Of a DNA stretch of 64,000 nucleotides, positions 40,216-54,501 are shown piece after piece (within the stretch, counting starts at the first letter, position 1; each line of letters starts with the position of its first letter). The notes under the pieces were generated by a model. It ran no database searches. It was given only the letters and a program-made list of their open reading frames with translations, and was not told the origin of the DNA. The DNA lies in assembly GCA_951406725.2 (NCBI GenBank), contig OX597830.1, forward strand, positions 15,438,001 to 15,502,000, in the 5' to 3' direction. The translations under genes were made by a program, and so were the position numbers. The stretch comes from Octopus vulgaris (lineage: Eukaryota).

Positions 40216-40777
40216 CTGGCCTTATAATATAATTGCTACTTACACCACGTAAGGGCATTCGCATAAACAAGACGGCTAGACAGACTTTATATTATTTTTA
40301 TAAATCTGAGAATAAACGGCCATGGCCACACAGTTAGCAAGTTCAAATGATTGAAGAATTTTTGTCGATTGTATTGACACTTACGTTTATTTTTTTTAAA
40401 ACCTAGTACTTATTCTATTGGTTCGTTTTGCCGAACGGTTAATTTACGGGGACGTAAACACACCAGCATCGGTTGTCAAACAATGTGGTGGAGGGGCAAA
40501 CACAGGCATAAATACACACACACGCACATAAATATGTTTGTATACAGTGGGCTTCTTTCAGTTTCCGTCTACCATATCCATTCACAAGTCTTTAATTGAC
40601 TCGAGGCTTTAGTAAAAGACACTTCCTCAAGATACCAAGCAGTGGGACTGAACCAGGAACCATGCAGTTGTGAAGCAAGCTTCTTACCACTCGGCCAAGC
40701 CTGCACCTACGTATGTATTTATGTAAGTATTACATACATGCATATGGATATGTGTTTGTGTGTGTGTGTGCGTGCGT

Positions 40778-40825
<48 letters not shown>

Positions 40826-41216
40826 TGAGGTTTCGAACGACAGTGTGTCAGGTCGGTCGGGTTTCAAATTCGTTGGCGGTGTATTTTTAGGTTTCTCCAA
40901 TATTTTTTCGTAACATCACTCTCAGTGAATTTGAATTTGTTGGCTGTTTTTATCTTTCTTATTTCTTATCTTAATCCAGATTATTATGACAACAATATCA
41001 CGATTTATGGGGAGTGGGTATCCCGAGGAACCTTCTCGTAGCTAGCAAGGATGTTTTTAATGTTTCCAGCTCTGGTTTTACATTTGTTTTGAACTGCTTC
41101 TGTCTGTTCTGTACAAAAGATACTTGGCAAAGATTTCTTGCACCTGAATTACTCAGGGATAACCTTCAAAAGGAGAACCATTAAACTTACCTGTACTCAA
41201 CACGAGGCTTTTAGTA

Positions 41217-41805
41217 GGGCGGCAAGCTGGCAGAAACATTAGCACGCCGGGCGAAATACGTAGCGGTATTTCGTCTGCCGTTACGTTCTGAGTTCAAATT
41301 CCGACGAGGTCGACTTTGCCTTTTATCCTTTCGAGGTCGATAAATTAAGTACCAGTTACGCACTGGGGTCGATGTAATCGACTTAATACCCTATGTCTGT
41401 CCTTGTTTGTCCCCTCTGTGTTTAGCCCCTTGTGGGTAATAAAGAAATAGGTATTTCGTCTGCCGTTACGTTGTGAGTTCAAATTCCGCCGAGGTCGACT
41501 TTGTCTTTCATCCTTTCAAGGTCGATAAATTAAATACCAGTTACGCACTGGGGTCGATGTAATCGACTTAATCCCTATGTCTGTCCTTGTTTGTCCCCTC
41601 TATGCTTAGCCCCTTGTGGGCAATAAAGAAATAAGAATCGTTAGCTTGCAGAGCGAAATGCTTAGCAGCATTTCGTCTTCATGTCCTCAGTTCAAATTCC
41701 GCTGGGGTTGACTTTGCCTTTTATCCTTTCGAGGTCGATAAAATAAGTAGCAGCGTACCCACTCCCTTGAAATTGTTGCCTTGCACCGAAATTTGAAACC
41801 AATAT
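41217..41805 (+). mobile_element. SINE family B: head, 2 long-tail units, then an older short-tail monomer
   Basis: Direct comparison; ag(g/a)cttttagt flanks both ends. Confidence 0.85.
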
Positions 41806-42252
41806 TAGACTTTTAGTGTAGTTTAATTCCCTTGAAATCTGTGCTTAGCTGTTTCACGTGCCCATGCACAACCTTCTCAAATAACTAATCTATTTTTACA
41901 ATGGTTATCTATGTATCATTCTTAAGCTAGAGACACTGTCGATAGGCTCAGTATTTGTCCTGAGATAACATCTTTTTAGGGTCTTGCGGGGGACATATCC
42001 TACAATAACAATGTGTGTACTTTAAGTATGATGCATAAATAACTATTTTACTAAAATGGAGTACTACTTCAATAGTGTATACCAGATTTTTTTCTATTTT
42101 TGTTTTCTTTTTTTGTTGGTTTATATTACATAACCCCTCCTTAGCTAACTTACTAATTTTATTTCCTTTTACTAATAAAATTCAGCAACATATCTACTGA
42201 GCTTTCATCCTTACGTTTTTGCCAACAACTATAATGATATTTTGTTGTCTAG

Positions 42253-42629
42253 GGAGAGTAATTACGCCATTATTATTAACACACGCACTGGTTCAATTCC
42301 ACTTCTTTATCATTAGCCATTTGATTAAATATCCAATTAATTAATCAGTAAGATATTTTACAGTAAATCATTTGTTCTGTTTTTGTTTTGTTTTGTTTTT
42401 ACGAAAAAAAAACAAACAAAAACAAAACAAACGACTGACTGTTTATCCAAGTTAGGCAAACAATCGATTGGTTATTGGATATTTAACCAATTGACTAATA
42501 ATAAAGGAGTGGAATTGAACCAGTGCGTGTGTTATTAATGTTGGCGTAATGACCCTCCAAAAGCATAAGAAAATTTGTTTCAACACATGGTTCCACATAA
42601 AGAATCTTGCAAACCAAATACAAAAGCGA
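42253..42629. mobile_element. Decayed fold-back Penelope-like element (arms ~42253-42346 / 42466-42558)
   Basis: Imperfect ~93-bp inverted repeat; right arm runs into the conserved peptide. Confidence 0.7.
42549..42629 (+). pseudogene. Conserved terminal peptide MTLQKHKKICFNTWFHIKNLANQIQKR
   Basis: Manual translation; gapless match to two other copies. Confidence 0.6.
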
Positions 42630-42864
42630 GGTAAAATTATTTTAAAACTTTCAAAGTTCTCTTGGTTAAAGGGTCACTGATATTTGACATTCTCATCTTG
42701 CACAAGATGCTTGTAGCTCTTCTCTGCCTTGTCATACAAATATATTCTGGTTTACTAAGCAGACACGCGTTTTTCACCAACGCACGTTCGAATTCTGATA
42801 TTGGTGAAATAACGAGACAGTTGCTTCATGATATGCTCACTAATCTATTCACAGAGCTCCAACA

Positions 42865-43191
42865 GAGTGAGGGCGCGTGGCTTAGTGGTTAGGGCATTCG
42901 GCTCATGATCGTAAGGTTGTGAGTTCGATTCCCGGCGACGCGTTGTGTCCTTGAGCAAGACACTTTATTTCACGTTGCTCCAGTCCACTCAGCTGGCAAA
43001 AATGAGTTGTACTTGTATTTCAAAGGGTCGGCCTTGTCACTCTCTGTGTCACGCTGATTATCCCCGAGAACTACGTTAAGGGTACACGTGTCTGTGGAAT
43101 GCTCAGCCATTTGCACGTTAATTTCACGAGCAAGCTGTTCCGTTGATCGTATCAGCTGGGACCCTCGTCGTCGTAACCGGCGGAGTCGAGA
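42865..43191 (+). mobile_element. SINE family D, full length, 12-bp TSD
   Basis: Head tggcttagtggtt / gagttcgattccc, CORE-like tgtccttgagcaag; TSD agagctccaaca at 42853-42864 and 43192-43203. Confidence 0.92.
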
Positions 43192-43685
43192 AGAGCTCCA
43201 ACACGCCTTACAAAGATAAGAGATATTTCTAAAGTTTGGGATACTTAATTCCATAAACGTCATGTTTCGTAAGCAGGAACGGTAATGAGTTTAACAAGAG
43301 AACAAAGTAAATTCTGACAAGAATACCTTTGAGATTGTTACCAGACTTGATTAGCCGGTGTTCACCTGTAAGGAGTGACCTGTTGTACCAAACATTATTT
43401 ATGTCATCAATAACAATTGCTAGCCGCCCTGAAACTTTGGGTGATTCTAAGGCTTTGATAATTTGCCTATGTAGCATGCCATCAAAGGCGTTCTTGTTGT
43501 TCAGTCTCATTTCAGCTACATTACTGCGAGTTCGTCACTATTTCTTCTTTGTCCATTCTGTTTATAAGGAACTCTTCTGTTACATTCTTATTGATATGAA
43601 TGTAGGTATCTACAACAATCCTGTGTCTACATGAATGCTCGTATCTTCAGCTATGTTTGCCTATACAAATTTATGTATTTTTTAC

Positions 43686-44654
43686 CTATTGTTTTACTGC
43701 CCACGAGGGGCTAAACACAGAGGGGACAAACAAGGACAGACAAACGGATTAAGTTGATTATATCGATCCCAGTGCGTAACTGGTACTTATTTAATCGACC
43801 CCGAAAGGATGAAAGGCAAAGTCGACCTCGGCGGAATTTGAACTTAGAACGTAACGACAGACGAAATACCTATTTCTTTACTACCCACAAGGAGCTAAAC
43901 TCAGAGAGGACAAACAAGGACAGACAAACGGATTAAGTCGATTATATCGACCCCAGTGCGTAACTGGTACTTATTTAATCGACCCCGAAAGGATGAAAGG
44001 CAAAGTCGACCTCGGCGGAATTTGAACTTAGAACGTAACGGCAGACGAAATACCTATTTCTTTACTACCCACAAGGGGCTAAACGCAGAGAGGACAACCA
44101 AGGACAGACAAACGGATTAAGTCGATTATATCGACCCCTGTGCGTAACTGGTATTTATTTAATCGACACCGAAAGGATGAAAAGCAAAGTCGACCTCGGC
44201 GGAATTTGAACTCAGAACGTAACGGCAGACGAAATACCTATCTCTTTACTGCCCACAAGGGGATAAACACAGATAGGACAAACAAGGATAGACAAACGGA
44301 TTAAGTCGATTACATCGACCCCAGTGCGTAACTGGTACTTAATTTATCGACATCGAAAGAATGAAAGGCAAAGTCGACCTAGGCGGAATTTGAACTCAGA
44401 ACGTAGCGGCAGACGAAATACCTATCTCTTTACTGCCCACAAGGGGATAAACACAGATAGGACAAACAAGGACAGTCAAACGGATTAAGTCGATTATATC
44501 GACCCCAGTGCGTAACTGGTACTTAATTTATCAACCCCGAATGGATGAAAGGCAAAGTCGACCTCGGCGGAATCTGAACTCAGAACGTAGCGGCAGACGA
44601 AATACCGCTAAGCATTTCGCCCGGCGTGCTAACGATTTCTGCCATCTCACCACC
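43686..44654 (-). mobile_element. SINE family B multimer, 5 units
   Basis: gga(c)a motif starts at ~43724, 43908, 44092, 44276 and 44460 (184-bp period); single head at 44605-44654. Confidence 0.92.
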
Positions 44655-44981
44655 TGGACACCATATTGTGGTATTAAAAACGAATACGCCAAGAAATCAG
44701 AAATATATATGTTTTCTTTATTCTTGAGAAAACCAGACAAATATACCTTTATTCTTTAAATAACCTTCACAGAACCTCATCACCATCGAGTTACCAGTTC
44801 TACTGAGTATGCTTACCAAATCCCTTGCTGCAGTTACAAACAACTGGAAAGTTTCTCAAAGGCCTGAGTTAGTAAAAACAACGGTTTTGATAAAATTGTT
44901 CCATCTCCTGTTCGCTTTCGTAATAAACAACACCATTTTTATTTATTTATTCCTTTAATTGAATATTTATTTATTTATTTA

Positions 44982-45052
44982 TTTTGTACAGCTGTTTCTG
45001 AACAAAAGCAGACGACTCGGTTGGTCGAACAAATGAATCCTCATCAGTGAAA
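44982..45052 (-). ncRNA. Decayed type I hammerhead motif
   Basis: Minus strand uuuca-CUGAUGA-GGAU...GUUC-A-GAAAC-AGCU-GUA-caaaa; core and palindromic stem III intact, stems I and II eroded. Confidence 0.55.
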
Positions 45053-45129
45053 CCGATGGCAATCTATATTAATAATTGAGGTACACCCATATGTGTGTGT
45101 GTGTGTGTTTGTATATATATGTATATGGC

Positions 45130-45753
45130 CTATGCAATGGCCTAGTGGTTAGGGCAGCGGACTCGCGGTCGCAGGATCGCGGTTTCGATTCTCAGACCGG
45201 GCGTTGTGTGTGTTTATTGAGCGAAAACACCTAAAAGCTCTACGAGGCTCCGGCAGGGGGTGGTGATCCCTGCTGTACTCTTTCACCACAATGGTGGTAT
45301 GCATGTATGTATGTATGTATGTATGTATGTTTGTATGTATGTATGTTTGTATGTATGTTTGTATGTATGTATGTATGTGTGTATGTATGTATGTTTGTAT
45401 GTATGTATGTATGTGTGTATGTATGTATGTATGTATGTATGTATGTATGTATGTATGTATGTATGTATGTATGTATGTATGTATGTATGTATGTATGTAT
45501 GTGTGTATGTATGTGTGTATGTATGTGTGTATGTATGTGTGTATGTATGTATGTTTGTATGTATGTATGTATGTGTGTATGTATGTGTGTATGTATGTAT
45601 GTATGTATGTATGTATGTGTGTATGTATGTGTGTATGTATGTATGTGTGTATGTATGTGTGTATGTATGTATGTGTGTATGTATGTGTGTATGTATGTAT
45701 GTATGTATGTATGTATGTATGTATGTATGTATGTATGTATGTATGTATGTATG

Positions 45754-45815
<62 letters not shown>

Positions 45816-46100
45816 GAGATACAATGGCCCAGTGGTTAGGGCAGTGAACTCGCGGTTGTAGGATTGCGGTTTCGATTCCCAGACCAGGCGTTGTGAATGT
45901 TTATTAAAGCTCCAAGATGGGGGTGGGGGTGATCTCGGCTGTACTCTTTCGCCACAACTTTCTCTCACTCTTTCTTCTGTTGACCTGCTCACTTAGCCAG
46001 CGGGGTGGCGTCATTTGAAGACTAAAACAATGCGAAGCGCATTGTGACCAGTGATGTGTAACAAAATCTGATAGCCCGGTCGGTCACGGGAATCACGGTG
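45130..46100 (+). mobile_element. Two family C SINEs separated by (TATG)n(TA)n; the second has tail type 3
   Basis: Heads at ~45133 and ~45815; microsatellite 45300-45810; distinct tail 45980-46100. Confidence 0.82.
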
Positions 46101-46210
46101 ATATATATATATATATATATGTATGAATGTATGTATATACGTATATGTATATATGTATTCACGTATGTGTGTCTGCATGTACATACATACATACATACAT
46201 ACATACATAC

Positions 46211-46280
<70 letters not shown>

Positions 46281-46283
<3 letters not shown>

Positions 46284-46512
46284 AGAAGACAGAGATTCTG
46301 AGGACAATACTTTCGTTGCAAGGGCGAAGTAGAGAGTCAAACGCTCAAGTGGGAGCCAACACACGGAAAGCGACTGTGGTTTCGTTCTATCGGAACATCT
46401 ATTGACCTACTGGTTGGAGATTTTGGTCTACTGAAAAGCGTCCTACACAAAGCACTCCAGGAGAGGGAATTCTGGAGGCAAATGCTTGATAGTGTTCGTC
46501 TGCAGACGAACG
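46281..46512 (+). pseudogene. RTE-clade LINE ORF C-terminal fragment
   Basis: RRRQRF*GQYFRCKGEVESQTLKWEPTHGKR...IDLLVGDFGL...ALQEREFWRQML resembles RLRFAGH...LLWEPxHGxRxRGRP...DRxxWR. Confidence 0.75.
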
Positions 46513-46679
46513 GAAGATTGGTGGGTACCATGTTTCAAATCACTCAGCCAAGTGGCCAGGCTTGAGAATATCTTGCTCTCTTCCACCGATATAAAGGGTT
46601 AGGAATACTGCTCGCCCCTGCTGTTTCTGTTGCTGTTGAGCGAACGGTCTTCGTTCCAGAGCTCGCAAGATAGGAGATG

Positions 46680-47004
46680 TCCGAAACGTGGTCCTTTGCT
46701 ATTCGTAAGACCCGCAGAAGAGAAAGCAGGTCAAGCCCCGACGTCGAGAGCACCGACGGATGGATGAATGCGCATCCAGGCTCAGCGGTTGCGTAGGAAG
46801 TCGGGGAGAAGAAACAGGAAGAAAGAGTGAGAGAAGATTGGAACGAAAGAGTACAACGGGGGTCGCCACCACCCTCTGCCGGAGCCTCGTGGAGCTTTAG
46901 GTGTTTTCGCTCAATAAACACACACGACGCCCGGTCTGGGAATCGAAACCGTGATCCTCCGACCGCGAGTCCGCTGCCCTAACCATTGGGCCATTGCGCC
47001 TCCA
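46680..47004 (-). mobile_element. SINE family C, tail type 4
   Basis: Head at 46930-47004; tail 46680-46808 unlike the other C copies. Confidence 0.85.
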
Positions 47005-47276
47005 CGCTCGCCCCTGCTGACCAAGCGACAAACAAAAAAAATAAAAAAAATAAAATGAAAAGCGACATCGGTGGAAATTTGAACTCAGATCGCCAGGGTC
47101 TAAAACTAAAGGCCGTGGAATATTTGGTTTGAAGGGCTGTAACTTCCTAACAGCACACAAAAGTCCTCCCACGCGATTTTAGTATGAAATAGAATTCTCT
47201 ACCACAGTGAAAAAAAAAAAAGGAAAAAAGAAGAGGAAAAATAATTAATGACTTCCAAATAAGTAAATAAATAAAT

Positions 47277-47396
47277 AGAAGAAGAAGAAGAAGAAGAAGA
47301 AGAAGAAGAAGAAGAAGAAGAAGAAGAAGAAGAAGAAGAAGAAGAAGAAGAAGAAGAAGAAGAAGAAGAAGAAGAAGAAGAAGAAGAAGAAGAAGA
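47277..47396. repeat. (GAA)n microsatellite
   Basis: Direct inspection. Confidence 0.97.
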
Positions 47397-47640
47397 GAGA
47401 TTTTGTAACATTCCCACCGTCGGTTAGGGTGTGGCCCAAAAATAAGTGCTCCTGGGCCAGAAATACCAACTTACTTACTAACCTCGAATGTACTACTAAC
47501 TACGTACATTGCTTGTTACTGTTGTCTTCCTTGTTTTTTGTTTTGGGGGGTGGGGTGGGGTTTCCCACTTCTTCGCCTCCGCCTCGTCTCTCGTTGTTCC
47601 CAATAAGGGCACAGACAAAAAAGAAAGGAGAAAGCAGCCT

Positions 47641-47677
<37 letters not shown>

Positions 47678-47924
47678 TGTATGTATGTATGTATGTATGT
47701 ATGTATGTATGTTTGTATGCATGTATGTATGTGTATATATGTATGTGCGTGTATATATATAGATATATATGTCTGTATGTGTGTGTGTATATATATATAT
47801 ATATATGTATGTATATGTATATATATATGTATGTATGTATGTATGTGTATGTATATGTTTGTATGTAAGTATGTATATGCGTGTATATATATAGATATGC
47901 ATGTCTGTGTGTGTGTATGTATAC

Positions 47925-47980
<56 letters not shown>

Positions 47981-48591
47981 GTATGTATGTATGTATGTAT
48001 GTGCGTGTATATATATATATATATATATGCATATCTGTGTGTGCTTATGTATAAATATATATTCACACACGTACACATGCGCGCGCACACACACACATGC
48101 ATACACATAAATACACACACACACACACACACATACACACACACACACATAGGATGGTGGAATTCAGTGCAAACTTAGTATTAGGGAGTTTGACTTAATA
48201 TTTGCAGATGAGAGCCGGAAGTGATTAAACAACTACCAATAATTAGATTCTGTTGATCCAATCAACGAATTCGAGCGAAATCTCTAAGACTACATTTACC
48301 AAGGGACTTCCACACCAACCTCAATTTTTTTAAGGGCAGTGAGATGTGTCACTGGGACAGATTTAGGTGCTATTTCTCGCAAGTTGACCACCACTTTCAA
48401 GTTTCCTAGTTGAGTCGAAGTCAATGTAATTTCATTTCGAAGTGCGTGAACGTTGAGCCGTGATCCAGTTCCTTAGGACAAGCATGAACATCACGACTGC
48501 TCACTTGCCCTAGATCTTCCTCTACCGACACATATACTAAAAGCTTAGTGCTTACTAAGATAAGAACATGCTGTTTAGCCCCAGATAAACC

Positions 48592-48976
48592 CTTTTACTC
48601 TTTACTCTTTTACTTGTTTCAGTCATTTGACTGTGGCCATGCTGGAGCACCGCCTTTAGTCGAGCAAATTGACCCCAGGACTTATTCTTTGTAAGCCTAG
48701 TACTTATTCTATTGGTCTCTTTTGCCGAACCGCTAGGTAACGGGGACATAAACACACCAGCATCGGTTGTCAAGCAATGCTAGGGGGACAAACACAGACA
48801 TATACATATACACGACAGGCTTCTTTCAGTTTCCGTCAACCAAATCCACTCACAAGGCTTTGGTCAGCCCGAGGGTATAGTAGAAGACATTTGCCCATAG
48901 TGCCACGCAATGGGACTGAACCCGGAACCATGTGGTTTGCAAGCAAGCTACTTACCACACAGCCACTCCTGCGCCT
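48592..48976 (-). mobile_element. SINE family A with very short central microsatellite
   Basis: Colinear with other copies. Confidence 0.9.
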
Positions 48977-49970
48977 ATGTGCAGATCTGTAACAGAATAC
49001 TGAAAAGGACACGAGGATGCTTCTAAATACTCTCTCGATGTGTTAGAAATAGCACCTAACTCTTCTCAAATCACACCCTTTTCACTACCAAGAGCATCTT
49101 TTTATTTAAAGGAATTTTCCCACAATCTCAGGTTTTTGAAAGCTCTGTCTACTCAACAAATTTTGAACTCAGTTAACGGACCCCCAATATACCATAAGGA
49201 AATCTCAGGACCTCGAAGACCGTAGGATGGGAACTGCAACCCTATAGTCTACAAAGGGAACACATTGGCTGATGTGATCCAAGAAATATTGTATCCTAAA
49301 AGTAAAAGACGAAATGGTCTCCGTTGGAATGTCTGCAAATCATAGATCTTCTTGATCGAAGATCACTTAGGAACTAAACAACATCGATCATGTTTTTGTT
49401 TAGTGTACCTAGGAATACATTGTCAAATGTATCCTTTTTTTAAGATGTTCGGGAACAACTTGAATGAGATTTGGTTGTTATTTCTAGTAGGTCGATCGAC
49501 TGCGAGAAGGCTCCCACGTTGGCTCGTAAGAACATATAGTTTCTTCTCAGGTTGTGAGTGTTGTAGAGCAGCGGTAACACATGCTAAGCTGCATACGGAA
49601 AATAGAGTTTCACAAGCTGGTGGTTATAATTTCAGATGGTTCTACGCCAATGATGACCTTGGGAAAGGCATAAACTTCACAACAGCCCATTTATCAATCT
49701 TCATAACGTCCAAAAGCATTTTGACGGAATTTGAAATTAACACGACTGGACGTCAATTGGAATCATAAGTGACAACGCTTGGTCTGAATTTATTATGGAC
49801 TGCTAAGTGTTATTCAATAGATATTGCTTAGAAATCAATTAGTCGAGTGGTTATTATCGATGTACATTCGATCGGGTAATTAATAACACTTAAATGCATA
49901 TGGGATGAGTTCTGTAAGTATGTACCATACGAAATGATACAAACATCAAATATGGGATTATTATTATTAC

Positions 49971-50013
<43 letters not shown>

Positions 50014-50043
50014 ATTATTATTATTATTATTATTATTATTATT

Positions 50044-50450
50044 GAGCTGACAGAATCGTTAGCATGCTGAACGAAATGCTTAACGGTATTTGGTCTGCGT
50101 TACGTTGTGAGTTCAAATTCCGCCGAGGTCGACTTTGCCTTTCATCCTTTCGGGGTCGATAAATTAAGTACCAGTTACGCACTGGGGTCGATGTAATCGA
50201 CTTAATACCTATGTCTGTCCTTGTTTGTCCCCTCTGTGTTTAGCCCCTTGTGGGTAATAAAGAAATAGGTATTTGGTCTGCCGCTACGTTGTGAGTTCAA
50301 ATTCCGCCGAGGTCGACTTTGCTTTTCATCCTTTCGGGGTCGATTAGATAAGTACCAGTTACGAACTGGGGTCGATATAATCGACTTAATCCCTTTGTCT
50401 GTCCTTGTTCGTCCCTCTATGTTTAGCCCCTGGTGGGCAATAAAGAAATA
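50044..50450 (+). mobile_element. SINE family B, 2 units, after (ATT)n
   Basis: Two 184-bp units. Confidence 0.9.
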
Positions 50451-50543
50451 TGTCTACAAAATGAGATAGTAATTGAGAGACGTCGCCCTCTTGCTCCCAT
50501 TTGTAAATCTATCTAGCTAGCTATCTACTTTTCTTCCTTTCAA

Positions 50544-50641
50544 GAATGTTCTTGACAGTGACTTCGAAATTTTGGCCACCTAATCCTGATCAGGCGATGG
50601 CTTAGTTGGACGAAACTTCGAAGTTACTGTCAACAATATTC
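50544..50641. repeat. Imperfect ~98-bp hairpin built from a hammerhead-like 3' half
   Basis: gaatgttcttgacagtgacttcgaaattt / aaacttcgaagttactgtcaacaatattc; GAAAC-UUCGAA-GUU at 50612. Confidence 0.7.
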
Positions 50642-51473
50642 ATATATACGAATAATTTCTAATCTACAAAAGTATAGAGTAACCTATCAGATTAATGTAA
50701 AATTGTTCTTATTATAACTGAAACATAAAAACATCAATATATGTCTGTCTATCTAGCTAACTAACTACCTACACACACACACACATGCATATATATGTAT
50801 ATATATTGATAGATAGACGGATGCATACATGTGTGTGTGCATGCAAACGCAGGGTTCAGTGGTTAGAGCGCCAAGCTTACAGACTTGAAGTTGTGAGTTG
50901 ATTCAAAGACCATGCTGCTGTGTCGCATTGTTCAGCAAGCCACTTTGTTTCGAGTTCCTCCAGTTCCCTCAGCTGTAGAAATGGGTTTGCGATGTCACTG
51001 GTGCTAAGCTGTATCGGCCCCTTTGCCTTTTCCTTGGATAACTTCAATGGCATGGAGACGGGAGACTGAGACTGGCATGCATGGACGACGGTTCGTCTTC
51101 CATAAACCACTTTGCCCGGACTTATTCCTCGGAGAACGTTCTAGGTGCGATCCCATGGTCATTTGCGACCGAAGTGGGTCTTTACCCTACACACACACAC
51201 ATATATACATATTATTTTATAGATAAATTTCCTCTATTTACATAATATTGAGGTCTCTTTCTTTCTTTTGTTATCTTACCGTTTTTACCAATATATATAT
51301 ATATATTACGGAGATGTACTCGCATAGCAAGTAATTTGATCTGAGATCGTGTGCTGAAACGAAAACAATTGCAGCATGGAAGGTGTTTATAAGCCATTTA
51401 AGAAACACACAAAAGCCGTTCGATTCACTCCAACATTTAAGTTTAATTTGTCAAAATATTTTCGTCGCTAAAA

Positions 51474-51648
51474 TAGATCGTTAGCCACTAAACACATTTT
51501 TTTCTCTCCTTGTTTTTTCTGTGTCCCTTTCTGTAGAAGAGCGTAGGCTCGAAATGTAAAAGACTTTTCTATTCCTGAGCGTTATACTAATACATCTGTT
51601 TGTTTTGTACACCACCTGCCCTCATCTTTTGTTTTTTTCATAAACTCT

Positions 51649-51651
<3 letters not shown>
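51474..51651 (+). mobile_element. Second copy of the 7495-7696 pLTR-like element; hammerhead at 51527-51562
   Basis: CUUU-CUGUAGA-A-GAGC(GUAG)GCUC-GAAAU-GUA-AAAG; ends in (TA)n. Confidence 0.75.
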
Positions 51652-51701
<50 letters not shown>

Positions 51702-52087
51702 TATAGAGAGAGATATATAGAGACATCCTTTAATAGCTTCATTTATTGAACTTCAGCCACGCTCTGACACCGCCTTGATGTATTTAATCGAATAAATTGA
51801 TCTTGGTACATTTTTTAAAAACTTGCAGCTTATTTTATCGAGCTTATTTGCTGAAACGTTAGTTTACGAAGATCAGTTGTCGGTTGTCTATCTACTCCCC
51901 TCAGGTCGTTGAATGCTTGAAATGAGAAGATAGACAGCCAATAACTGATGAAGGGTCGTTCACTCTTACTTGTTCTGTATTACATTTTTTTTCTCTCGTT
52001 GTTTACGTATTTAACTCGTTTGTTTTCGTACTTCATGTTGTTTACACAGTTCGTGACGTCCTGAACCCCACATATGCATTTATATAA

Positions 52088-52155
<68 letters not shown>

Positions 52156-52308
52156 GTGGTTGTATACTGTCAACATAATGTGACAGTCCCGTAAAAGAAA
52201 TTACAACACCGCTATTTAGCCCTAGGAAGCATCGACGCTTCCTGTCGGCTTTGACCCATTTCCTGTGTCCTTATACTTACGAAGGTGAGACAAGCACCCC
52301 CACCAGCT

Positions 52309-52438
<130 letters not shown>

Positions 52439-52723
52439 TAATGGATACATACATACATACATACATACATACATACAAACATATACATATATGTGCATTT
52501 TTATATATCTTTTATCTTTTATTTGTTTCAGTCATTGGACTGCGGCCATGCTGGAGCACTCCCTTGAAGAATTTATAGCCGAATGTATCGATCCCAGTAC
52601 TTACTTTTTATAAGCCTGGTACTTACTCTATCGGTGTCTTTTGCCGAACCGCTGATTACGGGGACGTAAACACACCAGCACTGGTTGTCAAGCGGTGGGT
52701 GGGGGAACGAATTCAGCTGCAAA

Positions 52724-52805
<82 letters not shown>

Positions 52806-53077
52806 GCTACATAGATCCATATGCATACGAACATACATGCATACGTATATGTATACATGTATGTGTGTGTGTGTGTGTTTGTCTTTGTGTGTGTGTTTGT
52901 CCCTACCCACTGCTTGACAACCGGCGTTAGTTTGTTTACGGCCCAGTGATATAGCGATTCCGTAAAAGAGACCGATTTGGATGAGTACCAGGCTTCAAAA
53001 TAACTATTGTGTTCCATTCCTTCAACTGAAAAAAAAAGTAAGGACAAAAGATACACACAGACATAGACAAACAGACA

Positions 53078-53166
<89 letters not shown>

Positions 53167-53576
53167 ACACACATGCTTGTATGCATACATGTAAGTGTAA
53201 AGGCTATAATGTAGATGATACATCGAGTATAACCAGGTTATATAATACATGCAGTATAATATTTATTATATAATAATGCAATATATATATATATAACTGC
53301 ATGTTAAGCAGTGACAAGCAGCATGGAATATGTTTGCCATGAGAGGCAATAGCTATGTGGTTACGATGCCTGCTTGGGAGCATCTCACGCTCTCTGCTAC
53401 TAGACGATTCAGGAAATGGATCAATGCCGCAACACCGAATTTTTCTGAACCAGAAATTGTTTGCCTAGTCAACAGAATAAGATGTGTGTGTATAAATATG
53501 CATATATACATGTATGTATGTATGTATGTATGTATGCATGTATGTATGTACGTATGTACGTATGTATGTATGTATG

Positions 53577-53616
<40 letters not shown>

Positions 53617-53762
53617 AGAAAACAGGGGATTAAAAAATCCTTGCAGATATCATGTATATATTTATATATTTATATAGACGTGTGTATATACCAACAGAAG
53701 ACACATTAAATATTATTAAAATATATGAATATATTTTAATCTTATATATCTATATGTGTGTG

Positions 53763-53800
<38 letters not shown>

Positions 53801-53811
53801 CATACACACAT

Positions 53812-53877
<66 letters not shown>

Positions 53878-54043
53878 TATAGAATGTGAATGTACACGTT
53901 ATATATTTATATACATGTACTCAATATATCTACTTTATATATATGCTTATATATATATGCCGCAGTCAAATGACTGAAACAAGTAAAAGAGTATATACAT
54001 ACATACATATATATATATACATACATATATATATATATATGTA

Positions 54044-54086
<43 letters not shown>

Positions 54087-54501
54087 TATCTATCTCTATA
54101 TATATTCCTACATTATATACAGTCATACACCTTTGATACACATTGATACACTTACATATTCACATATATATGATATATACGTGAAACAGTTAAGCTCTTT
54201 GTCAGACTGCTTGCATACACATGGTATATATATATATATACATACATACCTGAATGCAAGACAAATATATACATCGTTGTCATACACATCCACAACACAA
54301 ACACGTGTGTATGAGTGTCTACAAATTGTAATTAATTTTTTAAAATGAAAAAACGATTAAAACACAACTATTTATTACCGCTGTGTAAATACGAACCTAC
54401 ATAACTAAACAACGGAGCTCTACCTGCAGATCGAACCGAGAGCAGCTCCACTTGTATTTCATTGATGCCTTTTCCATAGTGTCTACCTTGTCCTGGCATA
54501 C

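Larger units (their letters stand above)
42655..44850 (-). pseudogene. Decayed non-LTR retrotransposon RT (R4/Dong-like), split by two SINE insertions
   Basis: Minus-strand motifs in RT order: DFLAYSFLIPQ, IHKFV*ANIAE, TEEFLINRM, NKNAFDGMLHRQIIKALE (cf. YKKAFDSVPHxWI), KGIL..FVLLLNSLPFLL, SYKHLVQDENV (cf. YKYLG); QGD and xxDD motifs appear lost. Confidence 0.75.

Noticed and set aside
42662-42892. Plus-strand ORF as a continuation of the conserved peptide
   Set aside because: The same DNA is better explained as minus-strand LINE RT (SYKHLVQDENV), so the element ends at ~42629.
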